Positions 26,374-39,155 of a stretch of DNA of 64,000 nucleotides are shown one piece after another. Under the pieces are notes generated by a model. That model ran no database searches and was not told the origin of the DNA. It saw only the letters and a list, made by a program, of their open reading frames with translations. The stretch spans positions 63,922,001 to 63,986,000 of the forward strand of contig NC_043004.1 of NCBI RefSeq assembly GCF_006345805.1. Reading direction: 5' to 3'. Numbering within the stretch: the stretch's first letter is position 1; every line of letters starts with the position of its first letter. The DNA comes from Octopus sinensis. Taxonomy: Eukaryota. The position numbers and the translations under genes are program-made.

Positions 26374-27415
26374 CAGTCTCTCAATCTTTCCTGTTTCCAG
26401 TACTTCTCCGACACATGCATTAACCTTTCCACGCAGACTGTAAATGCTTAGGAACTTGTAAAGCTGTGTACGTCTCTCTACATTTTAAAATTCCTCCAGG
26501 GGTACAACTAAGGCGAATCATTTCCTTCTGCACAAATCACCTGCTTTCTCTAAGTTTCTCTGTTCTAACCATCTCGTAAGAAAACGGTGTTGGTAATGGT
26601 CTTGTTATTTTTGATGGCTTGTTGGCCAACATTTACCTGTTAGCCAAGAAGTGAAATTGGTACTATCACTGTTTATTGCTATTATTGATATACACCTTCA
26701 AGCGGCAAGTTGGTAGACTCGTAAGTACCCCGGGCCTGCGTATAGACTATGCATGCATGTATCTATGTATGTATGTATCTATATCTATATTTATGAGTGT
26801 ACATTGTGTTATGGCAAACGAATGAGAAAGGAATTCTTAATACATGTTCTAAAGGACATGGTCTTCTAATGGAAACTGAAGCTAAAAGTTTGTCTCGCGA
26901 CTCGAGTCTCACGTCACTACGTTCTTCAGCCGAAAACAGGAATTTAAGATCATGATGCTATATATGTGTGTGTATGTATATGTTTATATATGTGTGCGTA
27001 TGTATGTAATTATGTGCATGTGAGTGTTTGTATGCATACATTGTGTTGTCTAGAGATTTAGTTAGCCGGTCTTTCGGAAGAATCTTTAGAGCGTCAAATA
27101 AATGTCTATCGGTAAATAATCCGGCTTTTGCAGTCTCAGCTCGAAACCAGTCATGGCTAACATTGCTTTTAATTTATCTGGGTCGATAAGCAAATAACCA
27201 GTCATGTTCTGAAGTAAATTGTTTATCGTTTCTTTCTTCGTCATTCACTCTCTTAACCCCAGAAATGCTGTGATGGTTGGACGACTAATGGCGAGTGACA
27301 CACTGTCCTGAGTTCCTCCAAGAAACACAGAAATGTTGAATTAAAGACCAGCAACAACTTATCTAGTATCAGTACAAAGAAAGCAGAGAATATGTCTGGC
27401 ATGGACTGTTATAAA

Positions 27416-27452
<37 letters not shown>

Positions 27453-27667
27453 TACTTTTTTCATTCATACGACTGCTGTCGGATTGGGACACCGTCTTCG
27501 ACAAATAAATCAACTCCAGTATTTATTCTTTAAGATTGGTATTTCTGCCATCAGTCTGTCTGCCGAAGTACTAGGTCAAAGTGTCGTAAATAAACCAACA
27601 GCGGCTGTCAAGCAGTCGGTTGTGGATCAAACCTGAACGCAGACATATTTGTGTAAGGATTGATTGA

Positions 27668-27712
27668 TTCTAGTTTCAGCTCACGAGCTGTGGCCATGCT
27701 GGGGCACCGCCA
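27668..27712 (-). mobile_element. Tail-only fragment of the CR1-like LINE 3' end
   Basis: ctagtttcagctcacgagctgtggccatgctggggcaccgcc; same motif at 27750-27790 and 56363-56403. Confidence 0.7.
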
Positions 27713-27734
27713 TTTGAATATATATATATATATA

Positions 27735-28519
27735 TATTTCTTTTTTCTCTAGTTTCAGCTCAGAGCTGCGGCCATGCTGATGCACCGCCGTTCTGTGCTA
27801 CACTGTTATTGCGAAGAACCTCGTCTAATATGTGGCACTTGGTGAAGAATGGAGTTTGATATAGCTACTCTCATTTGTACCTCTTGCCGTGAGGTAGGTT
27901 CATCTGGGACTCTCGACAGGAAGATGTCCAGCTTTGATTTCAAAACCCCTACATCTACTTTGTGCAAGTTCCTCAGACTCTTTGGGAGAATATTAAAAAG
28001 CTGTGGGCCATTGAAACCCAGGCTGTTCAGAAGCTGGTCCTGAAGCGTGATGGCATTGCTGGGATCTTTGGCACTATGCAGTGTCGTCCCGTTCTAGCAT
28101 TGGTGTAGCTTACAATGCCAAACTTTGACACAATTCCTTCCAGGATCTTCCAGACATATATTACTGCATACCTCTCCCGTCTTCCCTCCAGAGAGTAGAG
28201 TCTTAGCAGCTTCAACCTTTCCCAGTAGCTGAACTATTGCAAAGTAATCCAGGCGGCTGAGGACGAATGTCCACCAGAGGACCATCATGATTTCCTTATC
28301 TCTGATTCTGAATGTTCTTAGGATCCACCCAGCCAGTCGTCTGCACTTTGTCGCCATCCTGATAATGTGCACTTGGAAAGAGGTATCATCACTCCTGTCA
28401 ATACCCAGGTCCCTCACAGACTTAGGCTCTGGGATTGAAATTCCCTGTGGACCGGTGTATCCTGTAAGTTTAATATTCAGTTTTGGATGCTGGTAGCGCA
28501 GGGCCTGGAATTTTTCAGC

Positions 28520-28521
<2 letters not shown>
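27735..28521 (-). mobile_element. 5'-truncated CR1-like LINE 3' end with 3'UTR
   Basis: AEKFQALRY, SVRDLGID, ATKCRRLAGWILRTF, SRLDY, LRLYSLEGRRERY, GPQLFNILPK, DEPT, stop near 27806, then the tail shared with SINE A. Confidence 0.9.
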
Positions 28522-28574
<53 letters not shown>

Positions 28575-28586
28575 TGTATGTATATA

Positions 28587-29821
28587 CAGGGGTTGGGCAA
28601 AATAATTGAAACACCTAGCATCATAGCATCATAATTTGGACATATCTATAAAACAGTCAAAAGATTGTTTATTTTTATGGTTTTGGATTTATTATTAGTG
28701 TTACTTAATATGCTTTGCTAAAATTGTTGTTTCTGTTCAGATATCATCGAAAAAGGTAATTAAAATTCATTAAAATGACAGACCTATCGGACTTTCAAAG
28801 AGGTCAAATTGTTGATGCTCGTATGGCAGGTGTATCAAAAAGTACTCTCTCGAAAGTAATGACAGAATTTGGGAGAGTGAGAGAAACCTCCTCATCGAAA
28901 AAAAACTCTAGAAGAAAACCAAAACTTTCAGATTAGGACCGTCGCACTCTTACGCGCATTGTTAGAAACGATCACAAAAATAGAACTCTCAAAATTACTG
29001 TAGAGCTTAATGACCACCTGGAGAACCCAGTTTCCACAAAAACTGGTCATCGGGGGCTGCACAAAGCCAGATTTCACGGAAGGGATGCAATCAGAAAACC
29101 ACTGCTTTCAAAAACAAACGTTGTAAAGCGTTGAGAGTGGAGTAAAAACCTACAGAATTTGGTCTCTAGAGCAGTAGAAGAATGTTACTTTCTCAGACGA
29201 GTCATCCTTTACCTTATTTCTGACCATCAGTCGAGTATACTAGTGGCGACAACCAAAAGTAGCATTTGACGGTATTCTTCTGATTGTTAAACATGGAGGA
29301 GTATCATTGATGATCTGGAGGGGGACTATATCGTAGAAATCCTCCAGCCCAATGGTTTCCCTTCATGGCAGAATTAATAGTCAAGACTATTTAAGCATTT
29401 TATCTGATCAAGTTCATTCTATGGTTGCGGAACTGTTTCTGGAGGGAAACGCAATCTTTCAGGATGATAATGCAGTAATTCACACAACTAAAGTTATTAC
29501 TGAATGGCACGAAGAACATTCAAGTGAAGTTGAACACCTTATCTGGCCACCACATTCTCCAGATCTCAGTATTATTGAACATTTATGGTGCATTTAAAAA
29601 CCATGTAAGCAGACGATATCCTCTACCATCATCACTACAAGAACTGGAGACGGTTTTAGCTGAATAATGGACAAAAATTCCTTTGTAAACAATTCAAAGT
29701 TTGTATTAGTCCTTACTTCGTAGAATTCAAGCTGTAATTACTGCCAAAGGCGGTCCTACCCTATATTAAAATAAACTTGTTTGAAATTTTAAAGTGTTTC
29801 CATTATTTTGTCCAACCCCTA
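28587..29821 (+). mobile_element. Full-length decayed Tc1-like transposon, DD36E (Incomer-type spacing)
   Basis: TA at 28585-28586 and 29822-29823; TIR caggggttgg(g/a)caaaataat(t/g)gaaacac. Translation MTDLSDFQRGQIV, SDESSF, KHGG, QDDNA-(36 aa from D)-SPDLSIIE; several stops and deletions. Confidence 0.92.
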
Positions 29822-29887
29822 TACACACACACACACACACCACACATATGAATATTTATGTATGTCTATCTATTTATCTATCTATCT

Positions 29888-31290
29888 ATGGGAAAAGTTG
29901 ATGTGTTTTCTTCGCTAGAACGTGATTCGTCGGAGGAGAAACTGGTTGAGAAATTGGTTGAGAACACGAAGGACAAGGAAATAGAGAAGAGTTATGCAGC
30001 GGCGGCGACTGAAGAAAAAGTTGAAGAAATAAACCTAGAAGAGCTGAGCAAGTTCAAGGAAATACTTAAAAGGGAGGGGAACGACGTGAAAGTGTTAAAT
30101 TAGAAAAATGAGAAGACTATAATTTATAGAACACACTCGATAGCAGCCAGGAACATTGAAGTTGTGTCAATGGCTCAAGTGGAAAAGGCTCTCAAACCAA
30201 TCTGGCATGGAATTACATACCTCGCCAGTGGTAGAAAATTTTGGAACAGTGGAGGTGCGGTTTTAGGAGGTATCTATCGCCAGGCTTCACTCAACAACAA
30301 CGCTGAGAACTGATGAAGTGGTTCTGCTACCCGTATACCTTGGGAGACGTGCTTCCAGGGTTAGGGTAGAGGAAATACCTCTTGAAGTGAATGTAGCCTG
30401 GTTGGTAGCTGCCATACAGTTAGGCATGGAGCAGAGGTTGTTGGTCCTCCAGGCCACCAGAACACCCCACAGGAACTAGCAAGGACAAAGCCTTGATATG
30501 ATGGTGCAAGTTGCCGAAGAAGACATTGAAAAGATGATCGAGACCACCACAGTCGGCGAGGCAACATTAAAAGTTAGAAAGGAAGAGAGGGTTCCGCGGC
30601 GCTATAAATGTGACCTAAAAGACCACATTAGAGAGGATTCTCCGCCACCACTTGAGAAATTTAAAGAGAGACAAGAGAATGGGAATGTGGCTGGTGCTCT
30701 ACTACCCGTGGAGGTTGAAGAAAAGGAGAGTGAAGCGGCACCACAGATAAAGACCGGTACCAGCGTCGAAGAAGTGGAGAGGACAAGGCATGGGAAACAG
30801 CTGAGAAAAAGAGAAGAAAGAGGGAAAAAAGGCACACGCTGTAAAGGACGACCCCCATCCCACACCCACCCAGCACCCACCCACACCCACTCTACTCCAT
30901 TCACTCCCTGCATGCCCCAGCCTTCTCCACTACCTGCCTGACATAAGCACAAGCATGAACACACAGGAGCCTCCCATTCTCCGACACTTGGAAAAATGTG
31001 TTATAGTGTACAGTGGTGAAAATGAAGAAGAGGATAACAAAATAGACTCGTGGTACAGTATCATAAAGCTGGATGTATGAGGAGCAAAAGGAATGCCCGA
31101 GTACCTTCGTTGTGTAGTGGCAGATTCAGCATAGATATCGAGATTAAAGGACTTTGAGGAAAATCGTGACTATGAGTGCTGGGTCAAGAAACTGGACACC
31201 ACCTCAATACCTAAAAAAGTAAGGGTTTACGGTATTTTAAAGACGCACAATGTAAATATTCTTCGGAGGAATGATAATTTGCTGCCGCTA
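29888..31290 (+). mobile_element. Tx1/L1-like ORF1 (gag-like) remnant without ORF2
   Basis: KSYAAAAT, RKFGTVEVRF, LPVYLGRRASRVRVEEIP, and a decayed knuckle RVPRRYKCDLKDHIREDS (CX2CX4HX4C register); stops and frameshifts. Confidence 0.6.
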
Positions 31291-31469
31291 ATATTTGTAT
31301 TATAAACTAGTGTTTAAAAATGTTGTATTAACAGATCACTGAAGTCGCTCGGAGGTTGGGCCGAACGGCTTCAAGTCATCTTCCATACTTTATTAATTCA
31401 TTCTTTCAATTCGTTTTTTTTTTTGTCCCCACCTTGTGCTGTCCCCTTCATGGCTAATTTCATGAAATA

Positions 31470-31765
31470 TAGAAGCTTATTTCCAAACCACATAGTTCCA
31501 GGTTCAGTCACACTGCGTGGCACCTTGGCCAAGTGTCTTCTATTATAGCCTCGAGCCGAACAAAGCTTTGCGAGTGGATTTGGTAGACGGAACCTGAAAG
31601 AAGCTCATCTGATATATATATATATGTATGTATGTATTTTTGTGACAACCGATGTCGGTGTGTTTACGTCCCCGTTACCGAGCAGTTCGGCAAAAGAGAC
31701 CGATAGTTAATGTATTAGACTTACAAAGAATACGTCTTGTGATAGATTTTTTCGACTAAAGGCGA
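31470..31765 (+). mobile_element. SINE family A
   Basis: ccacatagttccaggttcagtcacactgcgtggcaccttggccaagtgtcttc...gtgtgtttacgtcccc...ttcgactaaaggcg. Confidence 0.88.
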
Positions 31766-31775
31766 ATATATATAT

Positions 31776-31949
<174 letters not shown>

Positions 31950-31952
31950 TGC

Positions 31953-31986
<34 letters not shown>

Positions 31987-32911
31987 ATATATATATACAC
32001 ACATATTTGTATATATATATACATATATATATGTGTGCAAGTTTGTGCGTATGTGTGTGGGTGGGTGTGGTATTTATAAAGTGATCCTATGTTTTTGCGC
32101 AACAAGATTTAGTATGTTACGATTGTTTATCCAACGATAGCAATTATGGCGGGCTTAATACAATAATTTACGATTTTGGCCTTAAATAGCCTATCTGATA
32201 AAAACCTGATAGACTGAAAGAGTATGTGAGCGGTGAATGTGGACTCGTGTATGTCTGTGTGTACATGGTTAGCTGTATTTGTTTTAGTTTGTGTATACAT
32301 ATGTGTGGATGTCCTGTGCGCAGTGCATGTAAAATAAATACATCTATATGGTCATGTGCGCATGTATTCACATATTCATGTACGTCCGCATGTATACATG
32401 AGGGAATGTGATACAAGTGCATGCGGACGGATGTGTCACGAGTATGTATGAGTACGTGTTTTAAGTGATATATGTGTGCGTGTGAATTATGTGAGTGGCG
32501 CCAAAAAGCGATTTGGCAAAGATTAAATTCTTATCTGTCGTTTGTTCATAAATCAAAGAATTGCTTTATTGCCAAATTATTAGTGTATCTATTTATCTGT
32601 CTATCTGTCTGTCTGTGTGTCTGTGTGTCTTCTTTCCACTCCTCACTGTGAAAATTTCTTTCTCTTTTGCTTTCGTAAAGCGAATCGCACCCACACAAAT
32701 ACGTAATATATATATATACACATGCATATACACACACCTACACACACACACACACATGCACATATACAGATATATGTACGTAAATATATATATGCATATA
32801 TACATCTTCATATACGTATGCTCATACATATATGTATATAAATACGTGTATATATATATATATATGTATATATGCATATGTATATAGTTATATATATATA
32901 CATATATATAG

Positions 32912-32950
<39 letters not shown>

Positions 32951-33559
32951 CATATATATATACATATATATATATATACATATATATTTTATAATATACA
33001 TATATATATATATACACTATTTTATAATTTGGTATGGAATAGGGAGTAGAAGAGATAAATGAGTTAGTAGAATGACAGAACGGATGTTTATTATATTCAT
33101 TACTTTACCTACTTATTCCGAGATAAGCGTTCAAATCTGGACAGATTTCAGTTTGCCTTTCATTACACCAGTATCGACTAAAATAATGTGAAATCTATTT
33201 TCCTTGGGAAATAATGATAACCTGCATTAGACAAAGCGAGCACTAAAACATTTTTCTCTCTTTCTTCCTTGTTCTTTCCGACTCTCGCTCTCTTTCCCTC
33301 TCTCTCTCTAGTTCTCGCTCTATCTATCTTTCTCATGAAATGCCTGATCCAGAAACGATAGATTCTTCACTCTTCATGGCAAGTTACATCATCGGGCTCT
33401 TTTAGGAACTTGTCACATCAGTTAAATTACATTTTGGTAATATACTGGAACTCTTTCCATGAATTATAAGCTTATCTTGAGTTTTATCGTTGAGAAATCA
33501 ATTACGTAGAAGTGAAAATATACCATCCTTGGTAAAGCATGTGTAGTAATAACACAGTA

Positions 33560-34150
33560 GCCTGACTGGAAGCTCATAAGTAGACTACAAGCAAACTCAG
33601 AATAAAGTAAATTTACAAGCTCAAACGGTGAACGATTGTAAAATTCATGGTAGTCTCTTTTAATAAGTTTACTACGTATTCATATCAAGATCATTGCAAT
33701 CTCAAAGCAAACTCCCGATAAGTTCACGCAAAGCTTGCAGTAGACTCACAACAAGCTCTTAGAAAACACATGGTGAAGTGTAATAAAGCTCATAGGAAAC
33801 TCATGACAAGCACATTGCAGACTTACAGCACGTTCACAGCAAGTTTACAGTAAACTCACTCAAATCAAGTTCACAAGTCCAGTGTAAACTCATGCCACAG
33901 TCACGGCCAGGTTAAAACAAGTACACAACTCATAACATTCTCTTGAGAAATTGATGCCAAGTTCATCATAAGTCTGTATCAATTTCATAGCAACCTGGTC
34001 TCAAACACAGAACAACCTCATAACATGCTCATAGCAATTTCGTAACTAGCCTATAGCGAGCTCACGAGAAGTGCAGAGCAAACTAATGCAGGCTCACAGC
34101 AAATGCGCCGCAAGCTCATGGCAAATTTAGAGTAAGATCACATGAGAATT
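33560..34150. repeat. Cryptic, highly diverged 11-bp tandem repeat (about 50 units, consensus AA[G/A]CTCACAGC)
   Basis: For example aagctcatagg aaactcatgac aagcacattgc agacttacagc acgttcacagc aagtttacagt at 33786-33851. Confidence 0.75.
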
Positions 34151-34669
34151 AAAGGAAACTTAGATCTAATTCAGCCTGACTCAGGCACGCAATCCCGTGA
34201 CAAATCAAGAAATTTAAGATTAAAGCGAAATAATGTCAACAATGTCACATTGAACTTAACTAATTTAAGACAAGCACATTAACGGAAATCTAAGATAGAA
34301 ACACACGAAACAATGAATCCAATGAAGATGATTTCACAATAAGTTTATTACAACTTGGGACAAGGTTATGTTTAACTCACAAGATGCTTAACGCAAATCG
34401 ATACTGAGACAGTTTGTGTCCGACACTTTTTCTTTTTTCTATTTCCAATGTTAGGAAATTTATCTATATCACCTATCACTGCCTCTATTCCTTCTTCCCA
34501 TGAATATGTGATGTCCAAAGAGACCAACATGTTGAGCAATGCAAATGGAAGCTTTTAGGCGACTACGTATGCAGCTCGATTTCCATTTTTGGCTTGACTT
34601 TATAACTTTATCCTTTCAATTATAGCACTAATGATTTGAGAAATATATGAACACCACTCAGTTGATTAT

Positions 34670-34850
34670 CCACACAATTTTATAATAATCCTTTCTAGTA
34701 AAAGCACAAGGCTTGAAATTTGGGGGCGGGGAATAGTCGATTTCATCGATCCCAGTATTCATCTGTCTCTTATTTTAGCGACCTCGAAAGGATGAAAGGC
34801 AGAGTCGACACCGGCGGAATTTGAACTCAGAACGTAGAGACAGATGAAAT
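34670..34850 (-). mobile_element. SINE family B
   Basis: gcgacctcgaaaggatgaaaggcagagtcgacaccggcggaatttgaactcagaacgtag. Confidence 0.85.
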
Positions 34851-35016
34851 ACCACAATTTTTATGATAATAATTGTTATGATAATAAAACTTAGATTGGA
34901 GGGAAAAGCTTTACCTGATTACATTGACACCAACACATGACTGGTATTTTATTTCATCGAGCTCAAAACTACGACGGTAAAATTAATCTCAGCGATATTT
35001 AAATTCGAACATGGAT

Positions 35017-35401
35017 GGGGAAGCACTCCGTCGGTTACGACGACGAGGGTTCCGGTTGATCCGATCAACGGAACAGCCTGCTCGTGAAATTAACGTGTAA
35101 GTGGCTGAGCACTCCACAGACACGCGTACCCTTAACGTAGTTCTCGGGGATATTCAGCGTGACACAGAGAGTGACAAGGCTGGCCCTTTGAAATACAGGT
35201 ACAACAGAAACAAGAAGTAAGAGTGAGAGAAAGTTGCGGTAAAAGAGTACAGCAGGGATCACCACCATCCCCTGCCGGAGCCTCGTGGGGCTTTAGGTGT
35301 TTTCGCTCAATAAACACTCACAACGCCCGGTCTGGGAATCGAAACCGCGATCCTACGACCGCGAGTCCGCTGCCCTAACCACTGGGCCATTGCGCCTCCA
35401 C
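35017..35401 (-). mobile_element. Full-length tRNA-derived SINE family C (tRNA-Arg-like head)
   Basis: Minus head ggaggcgcaatggcccagtggttagggcagcggactcgcggtcgtaggatcgcggtttcgattccc with A box TGGCCCAGTGG and B-box-like GGTTTCGATTCC; about 300 nt of unrelated body. Confidence 0.9.
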
Positions 35402-36053
35402 ATAAATAACAGCAGAAATAACTCAAGGCCTTTTGTCTGACGTTCTAACGACTCTTTTAATTCACTGACGTTATATTCCTTTATCGTGAATATAAATTAT
35501 TGTGCCAATGAAAGAATGTAATATATGATGTTGAGAGTTGAGTGCTCCATGAAGTCGGTAAATGAGATCTGCCTTTCAATAGCAGTCGTTTACTACTGCT
35601 ACAATTTCACCAAAATCGATAATATCGTTTAAAGTTTAAGGATCGGCTAATTTTGTTTTCACTAATCCCTGGGATCAATAGAACTAGTTTGCATATCGTT
35701 CGTTAATCCTATGAAATATAAATTCTAGGAATCGATGCTACTCTAATACTGATAACTTCGCCATTAGAACCTAGCAACTATACATTATCGCTCTTTGATA
35801 TGAAGAAATGTAAAAAAAAAGTCTGTTTTTTCTGGGCAACAATAATTCATCTGCGGCAGAGAAAACGAACGAGGTTGTCTCAGTAGCCATTTCATGCTAG
35901 AAATATCAGTCAAGAGCTTTTTTCAATCTTCAATATCACTTTATTATATTGTATTTCATTGAGTGGTGTTAACCCTGATAGTCAAAAATTTGGTGGTAGT
36001 TACTGTGATACAACCCCTCCATACACAGAGAGACACGCTGACACACACACATG

Positions 36054-36084
<31 letters not shown>

Positions 36085-36410
36085 TGATTCTAAATTTTTG
36101 GCACAAAGCTTGCAATTTTCGGGGAGTGCGTAAATCGAATACATCACCCCCAGTGTTCAGCTGGTACTTATCTTATCACATAAATACACATGCAGTAATG
36201 TTTATTATGCATAGTTTCGGCCGTTAAAATGGAAAGCAGTTTTGATTTTTCAAGCCTTAAATAGATTTTTAGTTATTGTGGGTGGATCAAAGTAACTGAA
36301 TCGTAGGCGTATAAAGAAATTTTTGTACGGATAGCCGGAGGGGCAAAAAGAGTTTGTGGGGAGATTGAAGAAGTAACAGAAAAAGATGAGCATGACGATA
36401 CAGAGAATTG

Positions 36411-36492
<82 letters not shown>

Positions 36493-36508
36493 TAGTAGTA
36501 GTAGCAGC

Positions 36509-36562
<54 letters not shown>

Positions 36563-36715
36563 TGTAGTAGTATCAGCAGCAGCAACAGAAGAAGAAGAAG
36601 AAGAGGACAACAACAATTGATGAAGGAAGATGGGGAGAAGTCAGAAGGAAAATAATTAAAGAGTAATAAAGGCTGCGAATGTATAGTAAATGTATATATG
36701 TATAGCAGATGTATA

Positions 36716-36744
<29 letters not shown>

Positions 36745-36758
<14 letters not shown>

Positions 36759-36920
36759 GGCTTCTTTCAGTTTCTGTCTACCAAGTCCACTCACAAGGCT
36801 TTGCTCGGTCCGAGGCTATAGTAGGAGACACTTGCCCAAGGTGCTACGCAGTGGGACTGAACTCGGAACCATGTGATTGGGAAGCAATCTTCTTATCACA
36901 CACCCACTCCTGTGCCTGTA
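36745..36920 (-). mobile_element. SINE family A, 5' half
   Basis: gggcttctttcagtttctgtctacc...cacttgcccaaggtgctacgcagtgggactgaac...cccactcctg. Confidence 0.88.
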
Positions 36921-37764
36921 TATATATATATATTATATATATATATATGCATTCTTATATAAATAGGCATGAAGTTCACATAAAATTATCTACCACCACC
37001 GACTTAAAACTGGACAAATGTATACTGATTATTCTTTAAACTATCCAACATTTTATACAAAAAGGTTATATTAAAAGAATATTTATCGTTAACGTATTAC
37101 ATTTACCGTGAATAGTGGGAGTAAAGACGCTTCTTTTTAAATAGTATTTTTTTGATTATCATTGACTAAATATATTTGAGTTGCAGAATAAATTTTAAAA
37201 TGCATAAATCATTCTTCTAAGGAAAAAGAAATGCACTTCATTCTTGACTCCTATGAAATTTGCTTTTGAACTTTGCCACTAGACAACTAGCAAACATCTG
37301 CATGAAGTAGAAAAGTTTTAAGCTGGCTACACGTGAAATTAGAAAATGCTTAAAGGAATATATTATTTAAAATTAGATTTAGTCAGTATGTCTAAGTATT
37401 TAAATCTAAATATTGCAAATTAATTTGTAAGCTAAGGTCTGATTTAATAAACTCTATAATTTATAATATAATTCAAAGATAAATAAAATATCAAAATACG
37501 CTGAAACAGTATATAAATTTGTCATAAAATAAAGAAAGAATCTAATTAAATTTTGTTTCCAAAAAAGTAAAATTTAAATATCTTTCTAAAACGCTTGAAT
37601 AATAATTGTAAAATGAACGTATAAATAAAGTGTCGTATGCACGGTCGACAGCGGGGATAATAAAGATGACATACATATTCATTTTTCATACGTTCCGGCG
37701 TCTTCGAACGCGAATACTGCAATCGCCATTGTACATTGTCATTAAAGAACAACTCTTTACTCTA

Positions 37765-37820
37765 ATGGGTAAATTAGGGTAAGGGGATGTCGGGACATTA
37801 GGGTAAGGGGATGTTGGGAA
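37765..37820 (+). repeat. 24-bp direct duplication with seven G3+ runs (G-quadruplex-like)
   Basis: attagggtaaggggatgt(c/t)ggga twice, preceded by atgggt. Confidence 0.7.
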
Positions 37821-38359
37821 ACCAAGTGTTTCGAAATTGCTGTGTTAGTGACGAAATACAACAGAGGATTAGCATATTCACGCTCGAGTCTGCTGTAACG
37901 AATTAAGAATGAATATGGGTGTCCTCGTTCTGATTTTCCGTGCATATCACGGGGTCATATGCATATGTTCACCGTGCATATACGAGTTATAATAGGTTCA
38001 CAGATACCAGCACACATCAGGAAATATGTCGTTTTCTGAATTTATAAATACGAACTAAATCCGTGTTAGGTTCATTAGTCCGGGACAACTTTAGTTATCT
38101 TAGATCAGATATTGTGGTGAAAAATCATATTGAAAAAACCTGTTTCCTCATAGGAGGAGGAGAAAGAGGAGGGGAGAAGATGAAGATGAGGATTTCTTTT
38201 CTGTTCAATAGCCTTGTTCTCTCACTCCCGCTGTAAAAACACAAATATTTATTGCATTCTTTTGAACAAAGAAATTTTGGATAGAATGCTCAATTGAATC
38301 TTACATGGGATATTACAACCTACAATATAATCGGCAATATAATCGACTATATATCATTC

Positions 38360-39030
38360 TCCTTCGGTAAGAGACCAAAGAATGGGTCTTCATTAACATA
38401 GCGATACTGTGAAGACAGAAAAAGAAAACTGGAAAGTATCAAGATCTGCTGTTTGAAGCGGTGCGTATTCCTAAAGCAACAAAAGTGAGTTGAACGATAT
38501 CATAATCGGTGCCTTCGAAGCCATCTCAAAGAACACAAAACCCTGGCATCAGAAATTGGAACTTCCAGGCATCTTTGGAAGTATACAGTTGGCGATTTTA
38601 CTTGAAACAACGTATGCGTTTAAGGAAATGTTGCATCACTAAGCTGTGTGAAGGAGTTGAGATAGAGTATAGATAACCCAGAACATCAAAACTGGAAAGA
38701 ATTGTGATATGCAGCAAATTGGCTCAAGGGAGAATACTAGAAAGGGTATATGAATTCCGTAACTATAGTTCGCTGTAAACTATGTAATAAGTTTGGATTT
38801 AAAAAGGCATGAAAGTAGCTTGAGAATCGTAGAAAATGATAGATGGGACTTCATGATGCAATGTGATCATGGAATCGAATATCAGGAACCTGATATAGTG
38901 CTGATAGATAAGGGAGAAAATTGGTGCTTGATCATAGACAGTGCATACTCTGAGGAGTGTAGAATCGCAGATAAAGGAGAAAATCTCATGAAATATGAAG
39001 TTATGAAGAAAGAAATAAAATGTTAGGGTA
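38360..39030 (+). pseudogene. Two old REL-endonuclease LINE fragments (R4/NeSL-like)
   Basis: 38360-38640: KYQDLLFE...IIIGAFEAISKN...LAILLETT. 38790-39026: WDFMMQCDHGIEYQEPDIVLIDK...CLIID...KY. Confidence 0.7.
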
Positions 39031-39155
39031 ATTGAAAAGGCGTATATATTGCCAGAAACAGTTGGTGCCGGGGTACAGCAAGGTAAGAAATAGAAAAGTG
39101 GTTCGAAAATATACGCATAAAAATGAAAATAAAGCACATCCAGATAAGAGTTTTA

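Noticed and set aside
26860-26932. Minus-strand CTGAAGA followed by a small hairpin
   Set aside because: GAAA is absent (gacaaac) and there is no stem I or III; too decayed to call a hammerhead.
35326-35400. Possible tRNA-Arg gene on the minus strand
   Set aside because: It has no clean acceptor stem and continues into a ~300-nt body repeated at 1-150, so it is a SINE head.
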